Shown here piece after piece: positions 40,969 to 51,175 of a stretch of DNA of 64,000 nt. This DNA is from an uncultured Aquimarina sp. (GTDB taxonomy: Bacteria; Bacteroidota; Bacteroidia; Flavobacteriales; Flavobacteriaceae): NCBI GenBank assembly GCA_947500545.1, contig CANMSO010000013.1, positions 24,491 to 88,490 of the forward strand, written 5' to 3'. Every line of letters begins with the position of its first letter. The first letter of the stretch is position 1. The translations under genes and the position numbers were made by a program. The notes below the pieces were generated by a model. That model saw only the letters and a program-made list of their open reading frames with translations. It was not told the DNA's origin and did not search any database.

Positions 40969-41136
40969 CTAGCCAAAAGGACAATCAGCCGGATAAGCAT
41001 CTAAACTTTCTGGTGGACCGCAAGTACCAAGATGCGAATGGCACCCGCCAATAGTACCTCCTTTAATTGTTCTCTGTTCAAGATCTGAAATTACATTTTT
41101 GTTCAATTTCAATTTTTTTAAATTTAGCTTTTTCAT
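40969..41136 (-). CDS. Double-glycine leader peptide precursor (RiPP-like), 55 aa
   Basis: Manual translation: MKKLNLKKLKLNKNVISDLEQRTIKGG-TIGGCHSHLGTCGPPESLDAYPADCPFG*. Below the ORF-track cutoff. Confidence 0.8.
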   Translation of the reverse strand: MKKLNLKKLKLNKNVISDLEQRTIKGGTIGGCHSHLGTCGPPESLDAYPADCPFG

Positions 41137-41355
41137 GATATATATTTAAATTGATTAATACTTAAATTTATTGAATAATAGAAGTTCATTTATATAGGTA
41201 TTGTTAATTAACTTAGGGTTAACTGTCTTTATAGAAAGGTTAAAAATGATTAATCTTGAACTTGTCATAACCTAAATTCACTCCTAAACTTTATAAACTG
41301 TTAGAAACTGATGGTTTTGTGATTCTCCTTAAATAGTTTTATTACTTTTACAACT

Positions 41356-42078
41356 ATGCAATATTTTTTAATCTTAGCCTTACAAGGTTTTTGTGCTTAT
41401 CATGCATATAAAAATAAAAACCAGTACTATTGGTATCTTGTGATCATATTTTTACCAGTATTAGGAAGTATTATATACCTGCTTACGCAAGTTTTTAATA
41501 AAAGAGATATTGATGTAGTACAGAATGAGATTGTTAATGTGATTAATCCAACTAAGAAGGTTAAGGATTTGCAAAAACAATTGGATTTTGCAGATACATT
41601 TCAAAATCGGGTTAATTTGGCGGATGCTTTGTCTGAAATTGGCGATTATACTAATGCTATAGCAGAGTATGAGATTACACTTAAGAATAATTATGATAAA
41701 GATGAGGGAGTTGTTAAAAAATTAATTGAAGTATACTACCAAATCAAAGATTTTGAAAGAGTCATTTTTTGTGCTGAAGAGATCACTATGTCTACAAGCT
41801 TTATAGGATCTAGAAGTCAATTTCTGTATGGTTTAGCACTAGAGGAGATAGGGCAATCCGATAGAGCAGAAGAAAACCTGAGACCAATAGATCAAAGGTA
41901 TTCTAACTACCAGGAGAGATACGAGCTTGCTGAGTTTCTAGTAGAAAAAGGAAAAATAGGTGATGCAAAAGAAATACTATCTGAAGTTTTGACAGAATCG
42001 CAACATATGTCAAAACCCAATCAAAGTAAATATCGAGCAGTTATAAATGATGTTCAAAAGTTAGTTTCTTCTCTCTAA
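41356..42078 (+). CDS. Membrane-anchored TPR-like protein
   Basis: Two N-terminal TM (WYLVIIFLPVLGSIIY), DTFQNRVNLAD, helical repeats. Confidence 0.75.
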   Translation: MQYFLILALQGFCAYHAYKNKNQYYWYLVIIFLPVLGSIIYLLTQVFNKRDIDVVQNEIVNVINPTKKVKDLQKQLDFADTFQNRVNLADALSEIGDYTNAIAEYEITLKNNYDKDEGVVKKLIEVYYQIKDFERVIFCAEEITMSTSFIGSRSQFLYGLALEEIGQSDRAEENLRPIDQRYSNYQERYELAEFLVEKGKIGDAKEILSEVLTESQHMSKPNQSKYRAVINDVQKLVSSL

Positions 42079-42229
42079 TCATAATACAGGTTAGAATAGT
42101 TTTATCGATTTTAAAGTCCATAAAAGAACAAAACTACCGTCTAATTACGAATAACTAGAGGTTAAACCTCTTTGTAGTTTCTAAAATCTTTCTATTTTTA
42201 CTAAAAAGTAAAATTATCCCCGGGAAACC

Positions 42230-43744
42230 TTGAGAATCAGACCTATTCAAATATCATTATTTATCCTATTCGTTTTAGGAGGATTGTTTGGGCTTATGTT
42301 TTTAAGTCAAAAAGGAGAGATGCAAGAGGCTCAGCTTCAAGATGATGGGTTTTCTTATGAAGGAATTTCGGTAAAATACCCAACATATACCACTTTTTTA
42401 GGGCTAAAACAAGATGAAGATTCTACTCTTACAAGACAAGATATTCTAGAGGTTACAGAGATTGTAAAACCTTTAGAAATTGAAAGTAGCGAAATTGAGA
42501 ACGATGCTGTATTAACAGAGAAAATAAAGGAATTACCCGATTTTTCTAAAATAGATACAACTCGACTTGTTAGGATTAAATATCCTGAGAATAATCCCGA
42601 TTTCACTAAGGATTTAAGAAATAAGCTTTCTTCAAGATCTTGTAGAATAATCCATTATGGGGATTCTCAAATTGAAGGAGATAGAATAACTGCGTACCTG
42701 CGTAACAGGCTCCAGCATATGTATGGCGGTGGAGGTCCAGGGTTTATACCATTAATGCCAGTATATAGACAAATAAGTGCTATTGTTGAGCCTAGTGAAA
42801 ATTGGCAGCGTTATGCATTTTTTGACCCCACAAAAAAGAAATTTTCTCATAAAAAATATGGAGCATACCTATCCGTATCACGTTTTACAGATTATCAAAA
42901 GACATTACCGGATAGTACACTAGTTGATTCGTTACCCATAATTAAAGCAACTGTAAAAATCGGGAAATCCAAGAAAACCTACGCCAAATTTAGAAGGTTT
43001 ACTAATATTGGGTTACACTATGGTAATAGTAATTTTCCGATTAAAATATCTGTTTATAACGATGGTGTATTAATTCAACAAGACAGTTTGATTTCAGATG
43101 GGAGATACCATCAATATAAAATTAAAACGACTACTACCCCCTCTGATCTTACGATCGAATTAGAAGGTAAAATAAGTGCAGATTTTTATGGATTAACACT
43201 TGATAGTGGTTCTAGAGTGCAAATTGATAACGTGGCCATGCGTGGTGCATCAGGTACTATCTTTTCTAATTCTAACGGAGCGACTTATGGTCGGATGATG
43301 CGGCAGCTAAAACCAAAAATTGTAATAATGCAATATGGTGGTAATACCATGCCATACCTTAAAGATTCTACTGATATAGAAAAATATACAAAGCGTGTGG
43401 CTCGACAAGTAAACTGGATTAGAAAACGAGCAAAGAATACTAGCTTTATATTTATTGGTCCTACAGATATGTGTCTTCCGGTAAATGGTAAAATGGAAAC
43501 CTATCCCATGTTACCATATCTAAATGCCAAACTAATGGAAACCTGTCTTGAAAATAATGTTGCTTATTGGAGCATGTATGATGCAATGGGCGGAAAAGGA
43601 TCCATGGAGTTATGGGTAGATGAAAAACTTACTGCCAAAGATTATATGCATTTTACCTGGAAAGGAACCAAAATAATTTCAGAACTATTTTTTACAGCCC
43701 TATACCTTGACCTTAAAGACCCTGATACTAATGATGAGACGTAG
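42230..43744 (+). CDS. SGNH/GDSL hydrolase-family protein (PatB/AlgJ-like)
   Basis: TM anchor, HYGDSQ block I, YGGN block III, DYMH catalytic DxxH. Confidence 0.8.
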   Translation: MRIRPIQISLFILFVLGGLFGLMFLSQKGEMQEAQLQDDGFSYEGISVKYPTYTTFLGLKQDEDSTLTRQDILEVTEIVKPLEIESSEIENDAVLTEKIKELPDFSKIDTTRLVRIKYPENNPDFTKDLRNKLSSRSCRIIHYGDSQIEGDRITAYLRNRLQHMYGGGGPGFIPLMPVYRQISAIVEPSENWQRYAFFDPTKKKFSHKKYGAYLSVSRFTDYQKTLPDSTLVDSLPIIKATVKIGKSKKTYAKFRRFTNIGLHYGNSNFPIKISVYNDGVLIQQDSLISDGRYHQYKIKTTTTPSDLTIELEGKISADFYGLTLDSGSRVQIDNVAMRGASGTIFSNSNGATYGRMMRQLKPKIVIMQYGGNTMPYLKDSTDIEKYTKRVARQVNWIRKRAKNTSFIFIGPTDMCLPVNGKMETYPMLPYLNAKLMETCLENNVAYWSMYDAMGGKGSMELWVDEKLTAKDYMHFTWKGTKIISELFFTALYLDLKDPDTNDET

Positions 43745-45014
43745 AATATTATTTTTTAATTTATGGTTTTTGTTGACATTACCTATGATGTCACAGACCT
43801 ATGTTTTAGATACTATACAGGATAAGTATCCTTTTGTGAATTGGAAAGCCAATGCGATTAAAATGGCCGAAGATTCCCCTGCTTTTAAGAAGCTTTATTG
43901 TAAACTTGATACAATCGCAAAAGGAGGAAAAGAAGATTTACATGTTTTTCATATAGGAGGATCGCACATTCAAGCAGATATTTATTCTAATAGATTAAGA
44001 TCTTATCTTCAGACCATGAGTCCTACTGCAAAAGGGCAGCGAGGATTTATTTATCCGTTTAGTATTGCTAAAACTAACAATCCTGGTAATTATAGAGTAG
44101 AATACGATGGTGAATGGTCTGGTTATCGATGTTCTGTACGAAAAGATAGTGTTGCCTGGGGGTTGGCAGGTGTAACTGCTGTGTTTAAAGACACAATGGC
44201 AAATGTGAAAATAAAGGTAAACGGTAATAATTATCATGAAAAGATGTATGATTTTAATAAAATCAGAATCTTTTATGATGATTGGAGTAAAGACTATGAG
44301 ATATCTTTTAAAGAAGATTCTCTGGTATCAGGTATAAAAGAAAACAAGGAAGCTCATTTTATCGAGTATGCGTTTAATAAAACTGTTGAAGAAATAGAAT
44401 TTTGTATTCAAAGAACTGAAGATACTGAGGGAGCAGAATTTTTAATGATGGGTATAGAGTTAATGAATGACAATAAAGGAATTCAGTATACCTCTATAGG
44501 TGTTAATGGAGGTAGTTTCTCTTATTACGATAGATGTCGTTATTTTGAGGATCAACTATTACTTTATAAGCCTGACCTGTTTATTGTATCTGTTGGAACC
44601 AACGATGCTTATCATCCCGATTTTAACCCTCAGAGTTATAAGGAGTACTATACAGATTTAATCAAACTGATTCAAAAAGCGAACCCTGATTGTGCTGTGC
44701 TACTAACGGTGCCTAATGATTCGTATTATCAAAAGAAAATCCCTAACCCAAGAACCAGAATTGCCAGAAAAGTTATTTATGAAGTAGCAAAGGAACAAAA
44801 GATGGCAGTCTGGGATTTTTATGAAATAATGGGAGGATTCAATTCCTCTAGAGATTGGTATAATAACAAATTAATGCCGCGTGATCGAATTCATTTTACC
44901 GTAATGGGATATCGCATTAAGGCAGATCTTTTATTGCAGGCATTGGCGCATTCATGGGAGAATGAATTACAGCTACAACCTAATTCTATTTTGAATCAGA
45001 TTATTAATGAATAG
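43731..45014 (+). CDS. SGNH/GDSL hydrolase-family protein
   Basis: HIGGSH block I, GVNG, VGTND, DRIH. Confidence 0.8.
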   Translation: MMRRRILFFNLWFLLTLPMMSQTYVLDTIQDKYPFVNWKANAIKMAEDSPAFKKLYCKLDTIAKGGKEDLHVFHIGGSHIQADIYSNRLRSYLQTMSPTAKGQRGFIYPFSIAKTNNPGNYRVEYDGEWSGYRCSVRKDSVAWGLAGVTAVFKDTMANVKIKVNGNNYHEKMYDFNKIRIFYDDWSKDYEISFKEDSLVSGIKENKEAHFIEYAFNKTVEEIEFCIQRTEDTEGAEFLMMGIELMNDNKGIQYTSIGVNGGSFSYYDRCRYFEDQLLLYKPDLFIVSVGTNDAYHPDFNPQSYKEYYTDLIKLIQKANPDCAVLLTVPNDSYYQKKIPNPRTRIARKVIYEVAKEQKMAVWDFYEIMGGFNSSRDWYNNKLMPRDRIHFTVMGYRIKADLLLQALAHSWENELQLQPNSILNQIINE

Positions 45015-46665
45015 ACTCATTGACATATTTTCTTTTTCAGAGGATTTTCCTTTAATCTTTACACAAGCAAATTTCTGGATATTCTTTGCAGTTGTATATT
45101 TTATCTATTCAATTGTTTATAGGAAAAAGAGCTTACGCAGTGCGTACCTTTTTGCAATCAGCCTTCTTTTTTATTATAAAACCAGTGGACTTTTTATAGG
45201 GATTTTACTGTTTAGTACTGTTAATGATTTTTTTCTTGGTAGAGCTATTTATAACAGCAAATCTGATATAGTTAAAAAAACATTAGTAGCAGTTAGTGTG
45301 ATTATTAATTTGGGTACACTTTGCTATTTTAAGTACGCTTATTTTTTTACAGAATCCTATAATTATCTTTTTCAAAGTAACTATGAGGTTATAAATTACC
45401 TGGCACAATGGGCTAATACCTGGAGCGAAGTAGACTATTTTACAGTGGATAAAATTATTCTTCCGGTAGGGATTTCGTTTTATACATTTCAGACGATTAG
45501 TTATAGTGTAGATATTTATCGAAAACAAATCAAACCACTAGATTCAATAATAGATTTTGGGTTCTTTGTTAGTTTCTTTCCGCAGTTAGTAGCAGGTCCT
45601 ATTGTACGAGCTGCCGATTTTGTGCCACAGATTAGAAAAGACATTAATATTACCAAAGATGATTTTGGGAGAGCTTCTTTTATGATATTAAAAGGGTTGA
45701 TTAAGAAAATGTTGTTTGCAGATTATATTGCGGCTAATTTTATGGACCGCGTGTTTGATGTACCAGAGATGTTTTCTGGTTTCACCAATATCATGGCAAT
45801 GTTTGGGTACTCGTTACAGATATATGGTGATTTTTCGGGATATACGGATATCGCAATTGGATTAGCGTTACTTATGGGGTATAAACTGCCGGTAAACTTC
45901 AACTCACCCTATAAGGCAATTCATTGCGGAGATTTCTGGAGACGTTGGCATATTTCATTATCAAGTTGGTTAAAAGATTATTTGTATATACCAATCGGGG
46001 GTAACCGAAACGGAAGCATATTCTCTTATGCCTTTATATTAATTTTCACCTTTTTAGGAGTCTTTGCAATATCGGATTATTCTATAGCATTAGTAGCAGC
46101 TTCAGGTGTTGGAACTATGCTAATTATTACACTATTCTCTTCAAAACTAGCATGGCATTTTAATAGAAATGTCAATATTATGATTACGATGTTGGTAGGA
46201 GGGTTGTGGCATGGTGCATCGTGGAAATTTGTCATCTGGGGTGGACTTAATGGTATTGGTATTGTAACTTATAAATATTGGCGTTTGATTAGCCCGTATG
46301 AGAACTCTAAGGCATGGTACACGATATTATGGCGTATTGCCTTGACATTTGTATTTATCACTTTTACCAGAATATATTTTAGAGGGAACAGTATGGATCA
46401 TATTGATCGTTTCTACCAACAGGTGATGACCAATATGGATTGGCAAAATGCACTCATTGTACTTTGGGAATATCGCTTGGTTTTTATAGTTATGCTTTTA
46501 GGATATATAACACACTGGTTACCATATAAAACCAAAGATTGGGCTTTGGACTTGTTTATAAAGAGTCATATCATCATAAAAGGTATTGTTGTTATGATTG
46601 TTGCAATTATTTGTTATCAAACCTATGCGGCAGATTTTCAACCTTTTATTTATTTCCAGTTTTAG
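45007..46665 (+). CDS. MBOAT O-acyltransferase (AlgI/PatA/DltB-like)
   Basis: PVGISFYTFQ, FFPQLVAGPI, DFSGYTD, DFWRRWHISLS, GLWHGA. Confidence 0.93.
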   Translation: MNRLIDIFSFSEDFPLIFTQANFWIFFAVVYFIYSIVYRKKSLRSAYLFAISLLFYYKTSGLFIGILLFSTVNDFFLGRAIYNSKSDIVKKTLVAVSVIINLGTLCYFKYAYFFTESYNYLFQSNYEVINYLAQWANTWSEVDYFTVDKIILPVGISFYTFQTISYSVDIYRKQIKPLDSIIDFGFFVSFFPQLVAGPIVRAADFVPQIRKDINITKDDFGRASFMILKGLIKKMLFADYIAANFMDRVFDVPEMFSGFTNIMAMFGYSLQIYGDFSGYTDIAIGLALLMGYKLPVNFNSPYKAIHCGDFWRRWHISLSSWLKDYLYIPIGGNRNGSIFSYAFILIFTFLGVFAISDYSIALVAASGVGTMLIITLFSSKLAWHFNRNVNIMITMLVGGLWHGASWKFVIWGGLNGIGIVTYKYWRLISPYENSKAWYTILWRIALTFVFITFTRIYFRGNSMDHIDRFYQQVMTNMDWQNALIVLWEYRLVFIVMLLGYITHWLPYKTKDWALDLFIKSHIIIKGIVVMIVAIICYQTYAADFQPFIYFQF

Positions 46666-46677
46666 GATATAATCGTT

Positions 46678-47331
46678 ATGTTTTTACACACCCATCCATA
46701 CAAACCCTTTTTCCCCAAAGGAGCTACAAAGCTTATTGTGGGGACATTGCCACCACCGCGTTTTACATCGGGAGAGTTAAAACAAGGAGATGTTGATTTT
46801 TGTTACGGTAGTATTAGTGGATTGTTATGGCCCGTTTTGGATCGTATTTTTGACTTAAATTTAAAATTTGAAACGACACAAGAAGCTTTGAATCAACGAA
46901 AGGATTTTTTGTCTTCGCGAGGAATAGGGGTTTGTGATATTGTACACAGTTGTGAACGCGAAAAGATTGATGCATCAGATTTAGGAATGCAAAACATTAA
47001 ATTAAGAGATGTAGTATCTTACTTAAAGCAATATCCAAAAATTGAAACATTACTTTTTACTGGTGGGAATAGTAAAAATGGACCTGAATATTTCTTTAGA
47101 AAGCATTTGAAAGAATATGATAAAAAATTAGAAGTATTGTCAAACGATATTCCAAGAATACATCAATTTAATATAGGAGAAAGGGTGGTTAAGACGGTGT
47201 CTTTGATAGCTCCGTCTGGAGCGGCCAATCGATCTATAGGTAGTTTATCAGAGTATAAAACGTTAAAAAATGAAAACCCTAAATTCAACACAATTGATTT
47301 TAGGGTAATGCAGTATCGTGAGTTTTTCTGA
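46678..47331 (+). CDS. Uracil-DNA glycosylase superfamily protein (MUG-like)
   Basis: LIVGTLPP, FCYG, GIGVCD, LLFTG, APSG. Confidence 0.8.
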   Translation: MFLHTHPYKPFFPKGATKLIVGTLPPPRFTSGELKQGDVDFCYGSISGLLWPVLDRIFDLNLKFETTQEALNQRKDFLSSRGIGVCDIVHSCEREKIDASDLGMQNIKLRDVVSYLKQYPKIETLLFTGGNSKNGPEYFFRKHLKEYDKKLEVLSNDIPRIHQFNIGERVVKTVSLIAPSGAANRSIGSLSEYKTLKNENPKFNTIDFRVMQYREFF

Positions 47332-47337
47332 AATAAA

Positions 47338-47544
47338 CTATTCTTCCTCTTCTTCAGTTTTCTTTTTTGCTGGTTTCTTTGCTGCTGGCTTAGCTTTTGG
47401 AGCAGCTTTGGTTTTTGCTGCTGCTTTTGCTTTAGGCTTTGCAGTTGTACTAGTAGTTACTTTGGATTTCTTACGACGTCGCAATCGCCCAAAAGTTCCT
47501 ATGTTAATTTTACCTCGGCGAGTTTTTTTATCTCCTTTACCCAT
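47338..47544 (-). CDS. 30S ribosomal protein THX-like protein with an Ala/Lys/Pro-rich tail
   Basis: MGKGDKKTRRGKI..GTFG N-terminus; ATG 47544. Confidence 0.8.
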   Translation of the reverse strand: MGKGDKKTRRGKINIGTFGRLRRRKKSKVTTSTTAKPKAKAAAKTKAAPKAKPAAKKPAKKKTEEEEE

Positions 47545-47621
47545 ACATTGAGTGTTTTTTGTGTTAAACAATTGACTAGTTGTTGATTACTAATGTAAGG
47601 AATTGTGGAGAGAAAAGGAAA

Positions 47622-48383
47622 TTATCGTATTCCCTTTATAAAATCACCAATTCTATCTACACCATTATTTTTAATGTGCTTAATAAAAGCAGAACCAATA
47701 ATAGCGCCTTTTGCAGTTTTGGTAGCTTGGGTGAATGTTTCATTATTACTAATACCAAACCCTACAATCTGCGGGTTTTTAAGGTTTAATGATTCAATAC
47801 GTTCAAAATAAAGTTGTTGTGCATTACCAAAAGTATTTTTGGCACCAGTAGTGCTGGCAGAACTTACCATGTAGATAAACCCATTAGACACACTGTCGAT
47901 AAACTTAATTCGATCATCAGAGGTTTGTGGAGTAATTAGAAATACGTTGATCAATCCATATTTTTCAAATGTTTCTTGATACTGCTCATGATATTCTGCT
48001 ACCGGTAGATCGGGTATGATTAATCCATCAATACCTATTTCTTGGCATTTTGCGCAAAAGGCTTCTACACCATATTGCATCATTGGATTAAAATATCCCA
48101 TAATGATCAGAGGGATGCTTACAGATTGACGGATATCTTTTAATTGATCAAACAAAATGTTGGTTGTCATTCCATTCTTAAGAGCGGCAGTCGAACTTTC
48201 TTGTATAGTTGGTCCATCTGCCAAAGGGTCACTAAAGGGTAGTCCAATCTCAATCATATCAACACCGCTATTCTCTAGATCCTGTATTACTTTTACAGTA
48301 TCATTTAGCGAAGGATACCCTGCTGTAAAATATATGGATAATAGTTTTTTGTCTTCTGCTAATTTTTGATTTATTCTGTTCAT
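47622..48383 (-). CDS. trpA: Tryptophan synthase alpha chain
   Basis: YFTAGYP, IEIGLPFSDPLADGPTIQ, VGFGIS. ATG 48383 preferred. Confidence 0.97.
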   Translation of the reverse strand: MNRINQKLAEDKKLLSIYFTAGYPSLNDTVKVIQDLENSGVDMIEIGLPFSDPLADGPTIQESSTAALKNGMTTNILFDQLKDIRQSVSIPLIIMGYFNPMMQYGVEAFCAKCQEIGIDGLIIPDLPVAEYHEQYQETFEKYGLINVFLITPQTSDDRIKFIDSVSNGFIYMVSSASTTGAKNTFGNAQQLYFERIESLNLKNPQIVGFGISNNETFTQATKTAKGAIIGSAFIKHIKNNGVDRIGDFIKGIR

Positions 48384-48402
48384 TATAATAATTATAAGTT
48401 TC

Positions 48403-48531
48403 GTCATTCCTCTAAAGCGGAAATCTTTTCATTTTCTTGTTTTACTTGTCATCCCAGCGTAGGCTGGGATCCACAATCTGGTTTAAGCATTTGGTTAATA
48501 TTTTGGATTCCAGCCTACGCTGGAATGACAA
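48403..48531. repeat. REP/REPIN-like palindromic element
   Basis: Inverted 28-nt arms at 48446-48473 and 48504-48531, each a hairpin, plus a degenerate copy at 48403-48426. Confidence 0.8.
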
Positions 48532-48546
48532 AATCTTTTAGGTTGG

Positions 48547-49728
48547 TTATAATTTAAAATAATCTATGTACGTGTTCAAATCCTTATCCCCACGGCCAGA
48601 AAGGCTAATTACTACAATATCATTAGGGTTGAATTTCTTATCATTAAAAATAGCCAAGGCGTGTGAGGATTCTATGGCAGGTATAATACCTTCTAGTTGC
48701 GATAATTCTAATCCTGCAGTCATAGCATCATCATCTGTAACAGAATAAAATTCTCCACGACCAGTTTTATAAAGATGAGAATGTAGCGGTCCCACTCCTG
48801 GGTAATCAAGTCCAGCTGAAATTGAATATGGCTCAGTAATCTGACCATCTGCAGTTTGCATTAATAAAGTTTTACACCCATGAATTATTCCTTCTTTTCC
48901 TAATTGAGAAGTAGCAGCGCTCTCACCACTATGCACACCTTTTCCTGCTGCCTCAACCGCTATAATACCCACACTTGGTTCATCTAGAAAGTGATAGTAT
49001 GTTCCTGCTGCATTACTACCACCACCAATACACGCCACAACATAATCAGGATTTTCTCTTCCTTCTTTCTCTTTTAGTTGCCATTTAATTTCTTCAGAAA
49101 TAATCGACTGAAAACGCGTTACCATATCCGGGTAAGGATGAGGTCCGATGGCAGAACCAATAATGTAGTGTGTATCTACTGGGTTATTAATCCAATCACG
49201 AATCGCTTCGTTGGTTGCATCTTTTAGGGTTTTACTTCCGGATTTAGCGGGTCTAACTTCTGCGCCAAGCATTTTCATACGAGCTACATTAGGTGCCTGA
49301 CGTTTGATGTCAATTTCGCCCATATAAACGATACATTGTATCCCCATTAAAGCACATACTGTAGCAGTTGCAACACCATGCTGTCCGGCGCCAGTTTCTG
49401 CAATAATTCTGTTTTTACCTAGTTTTTTTGCAACAAGGATCTGACCAATTGTATTATTTACTTTATGCGCACCGGTATGGTTAAGGTCCTCACGTTTCAG
49501 ATATACTTTTGTGTTGTGTTTTTCTGAAAGACGTTTAGCATAATAAAGAGGAGAAGGGCGACCAACATAATCTTTTAGCAACTGATCAAACTCTTCCTTA
49601 AAAGAAGGTTCGTTCATGATATCTAAATATGTTGTGCGTAATTCTTCTACATTTGGATACAGCATTTCAGGAATATAAGCTCCACCAAAATCTCCGTAAT
49701 ATCCCTTCTCATTAACTTGATAGGTCAT
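48547..49728 (-). CDS. trpB: Tryptophan synthase beta chain
   Basis: [40 protein letters not shown]. Confidence 0.98.
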   Translation of the reverse strand: MTYQVNEKGYYGDFGGAYIPEMLYPNVEELRTTYLDIMNEPSFKEEFDQLLKDYVGRPSPLYYAKRLSEKHNTKVYLKREDLNHTGAHKVNNTIGQILVAKKLGKNRIIAETGAGQHGVATATVCALMGIQCIVYMGEIDIKRQAPNVARMKMLGAEVRPAKSGSKTLKDATNEAIRDWINNPVDTHYIIGSAIGPHPYPDMVTRFQSIISEEIKWQLKEKEGRENPDYVVACIGGGSNAAGTYYHFLDEPSVGIIAVEAAGKGVHSGESAATSQLGKEGIIHGCKTLLMQTADGQITEPYSISAGLDYPGVGPLHSHLYKTGRGEFYSVTDDDAMTAGLELSQLEGIIPAIESSHALAIFNDKKFNPNDIVVISLSGRGDKDLNTYIDYFKL

Positions 49729-50387
49729 AATGTAATTTTTTTGTTCCCTTTTTGTGTTGGGAATAGTTGGTTTTTAAATTTTTCTAAGTCTTTTATATCT
49801 TTTAATCCAGGTTTGATCTCGAATTTACTATTTACATCAATAGCATAAATTGGCAGATCGGTTTTTAGGATTGCTTTTATTTTTTCAATTTCACCAAGTC
49901 CGATACCTCCACTTAAAATAAATGGAGTAGAGGAAGGATAATCTTTTAAAACGCTCCAATCAAAAGTATATCCATTACCGCCTTTTTCTTTTCCTTTGGT
50001 GTCAAATAAGAAATAGTCTACTATACCTTCATAGGATTTAAGTGTATCAAAGTCGAATTCGTCTTTGATAGAGAATACTTTCCACACTTCGACAAGCTCA
50101 GTATGATGTTTTAATTGCAATTTCAAATCCTGACAATATGCAGGGACCTCATTGCCATGCAATTGCACGGTTTTAAAACTATATTGTTTTACTTTTTCAA
50201 TTATAAAATCAATAGAAGCATCTACAAATACTCCCGTCTTTTTGATAGCTGGAGGAAGATCTGGAATTTCACCTTCAAAGTTTCGAGGAGATTTCTCATA
50301 GAAAATAAAGCCCAAATAGTCGGGTTGTAGGGCAGCAACTGCTTCCATATTTTCTTGATATTTCATTCCGCAAACCTTAAGCTTCAT
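49725..50387 (-). CDS. trpF: Phosphoribosylanthranilate isomerase
   Basis: [30 protein letters not shown]. Confidence 0.95.
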   Translation of the reverse strand: MKLKVCGMKYQENMEAVAALQPDYLGFIFYEKSPRNFEGEIPDLPPAIKKTGVFVDASIDFIIEKVKQYSFKTVQLHGNEVPAYCQDLKLQLKHHTELVEVWKVFSIKDEFDFDTLKSYEGIVDYFLFDTKGKEKGGNGYTFDWSVLKDYPSSTPFILSGGIGLGEIEKIKAILKTDLPIYAIDVNSKFEIKPGLKDIKDLEKFKNQLFPTQKGNKKITL

Positions 50388-51169
50388 GATTCTAATTTTT
50401 TTATAAATTCTATCGCGCTATTGCCAGGGTGTTCGGTTTTCATAAAGTTTTCACCAATAAGGAAACCTTTATATCCGTATTGTTTTAGGTCTTTGATAGC
50501 TTCAATACTACTAATCCCACTTTCTGAAACTTTTACAAAATCATCTGGGATTTGTATGCTTAGTGATTTACTAATAGCTGTACTTACCTCAAAAGTCTTA
50601 AGATTTCGGTTGTTTACACCTAACATATCAAGCGATGGCATAATCGATTTTTCTAATTCCTCTTGATTATGAACTTCTAGCAATACATCTAATGACAAAC
50701 TTTTTGCAAATTGTGATAATGACTTGATTTGATCTCTAGACAATACTGCGGCAATTAATAATATCACATCTGCTCCATGAGCTTTAGCTTCTAATAATTG
50801 ATATTCATCTATAATAAATTCTTTACGAAGCAATGGTAGTTGAACAGAAGATCTAGCTAGTAAAAGATCGTCTAATGATCCTCCAAAATATTTTCCGTCA
50901 GTCAATACGGACATTCCACAAACCCCAGCTTCTTCATATCCTGTGGCTACATCTTGTACACTTACTTTCTGGTTTATGACGGCTTTAGAAGGAGATCTAC
51001 GTTTATGCTCTGCAATGATACCGGTATTGCTATTTCGTAAAGCAGTAGCTAGTGAATTTACTTCACGATCAAATAACACCGAACTCTCTAATTGGGTAAC
51101 GGGAATTAAACTTTTTTTGAGTTCAACTTCTTTGTATTTATCTGCTACTATTTTATCTAAGATATTCAT
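50384..51169 (-). CDS. trpC: Indole-3-glycerol phosphate synthase
   Basis: IAEHKRRSPSK, LLRKEFI, GVNNRNL, SESGI. Confidence 0.96.
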   Translation of the reverse strand: MNILDKIVADKYKEVELKKSLIPVTQLESSVLFDREVNSLATALRNSNTGIIAEHKRRSPSKAVINQKVSVQDVATGYEEAGVCGMSVLTDGKYFGGSLDDLLLARSSVQLPLLRKEFIIDEYQLLEAKAHGADVILLIAAVLSRDQIKSLSQFAKSLSLDVLLEVHNQEELEKSIMPSLDMLGVNNRNLKTFEVSTAISKSLSIQIPDDFVKVSESGISSIEAIKDLKQYGYKGFLIGENFMKTEHPGNSAIEFIKKLES

Positions 51170-51175
51170 TTTTAG

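Noticed and set aside
40969-42078. A lanthipeptide gene cluster around the precursor
   Set aside because: The neighbours are pyc and a TPR-like membrane protein; no LanB/C/M, radical SAM or transporter gene is adjacent.
47318-47551. Plus-strand 77-aa Ala/Phe-rich ORF
   Set aside because: It is the antisense of the THX-like low-complexity tail.
48403-48531. Possible CRISPR mini-array
   Set aside because: The units are inverted rather than direct, there are no regular spacers, and no cas genes are present.
48366-48557. 63-aa ORF spanning the trpB-trpA spacer
   Set aside because: It is a by-product of the palindromic repeat and overlaps both trp genes in antisense.
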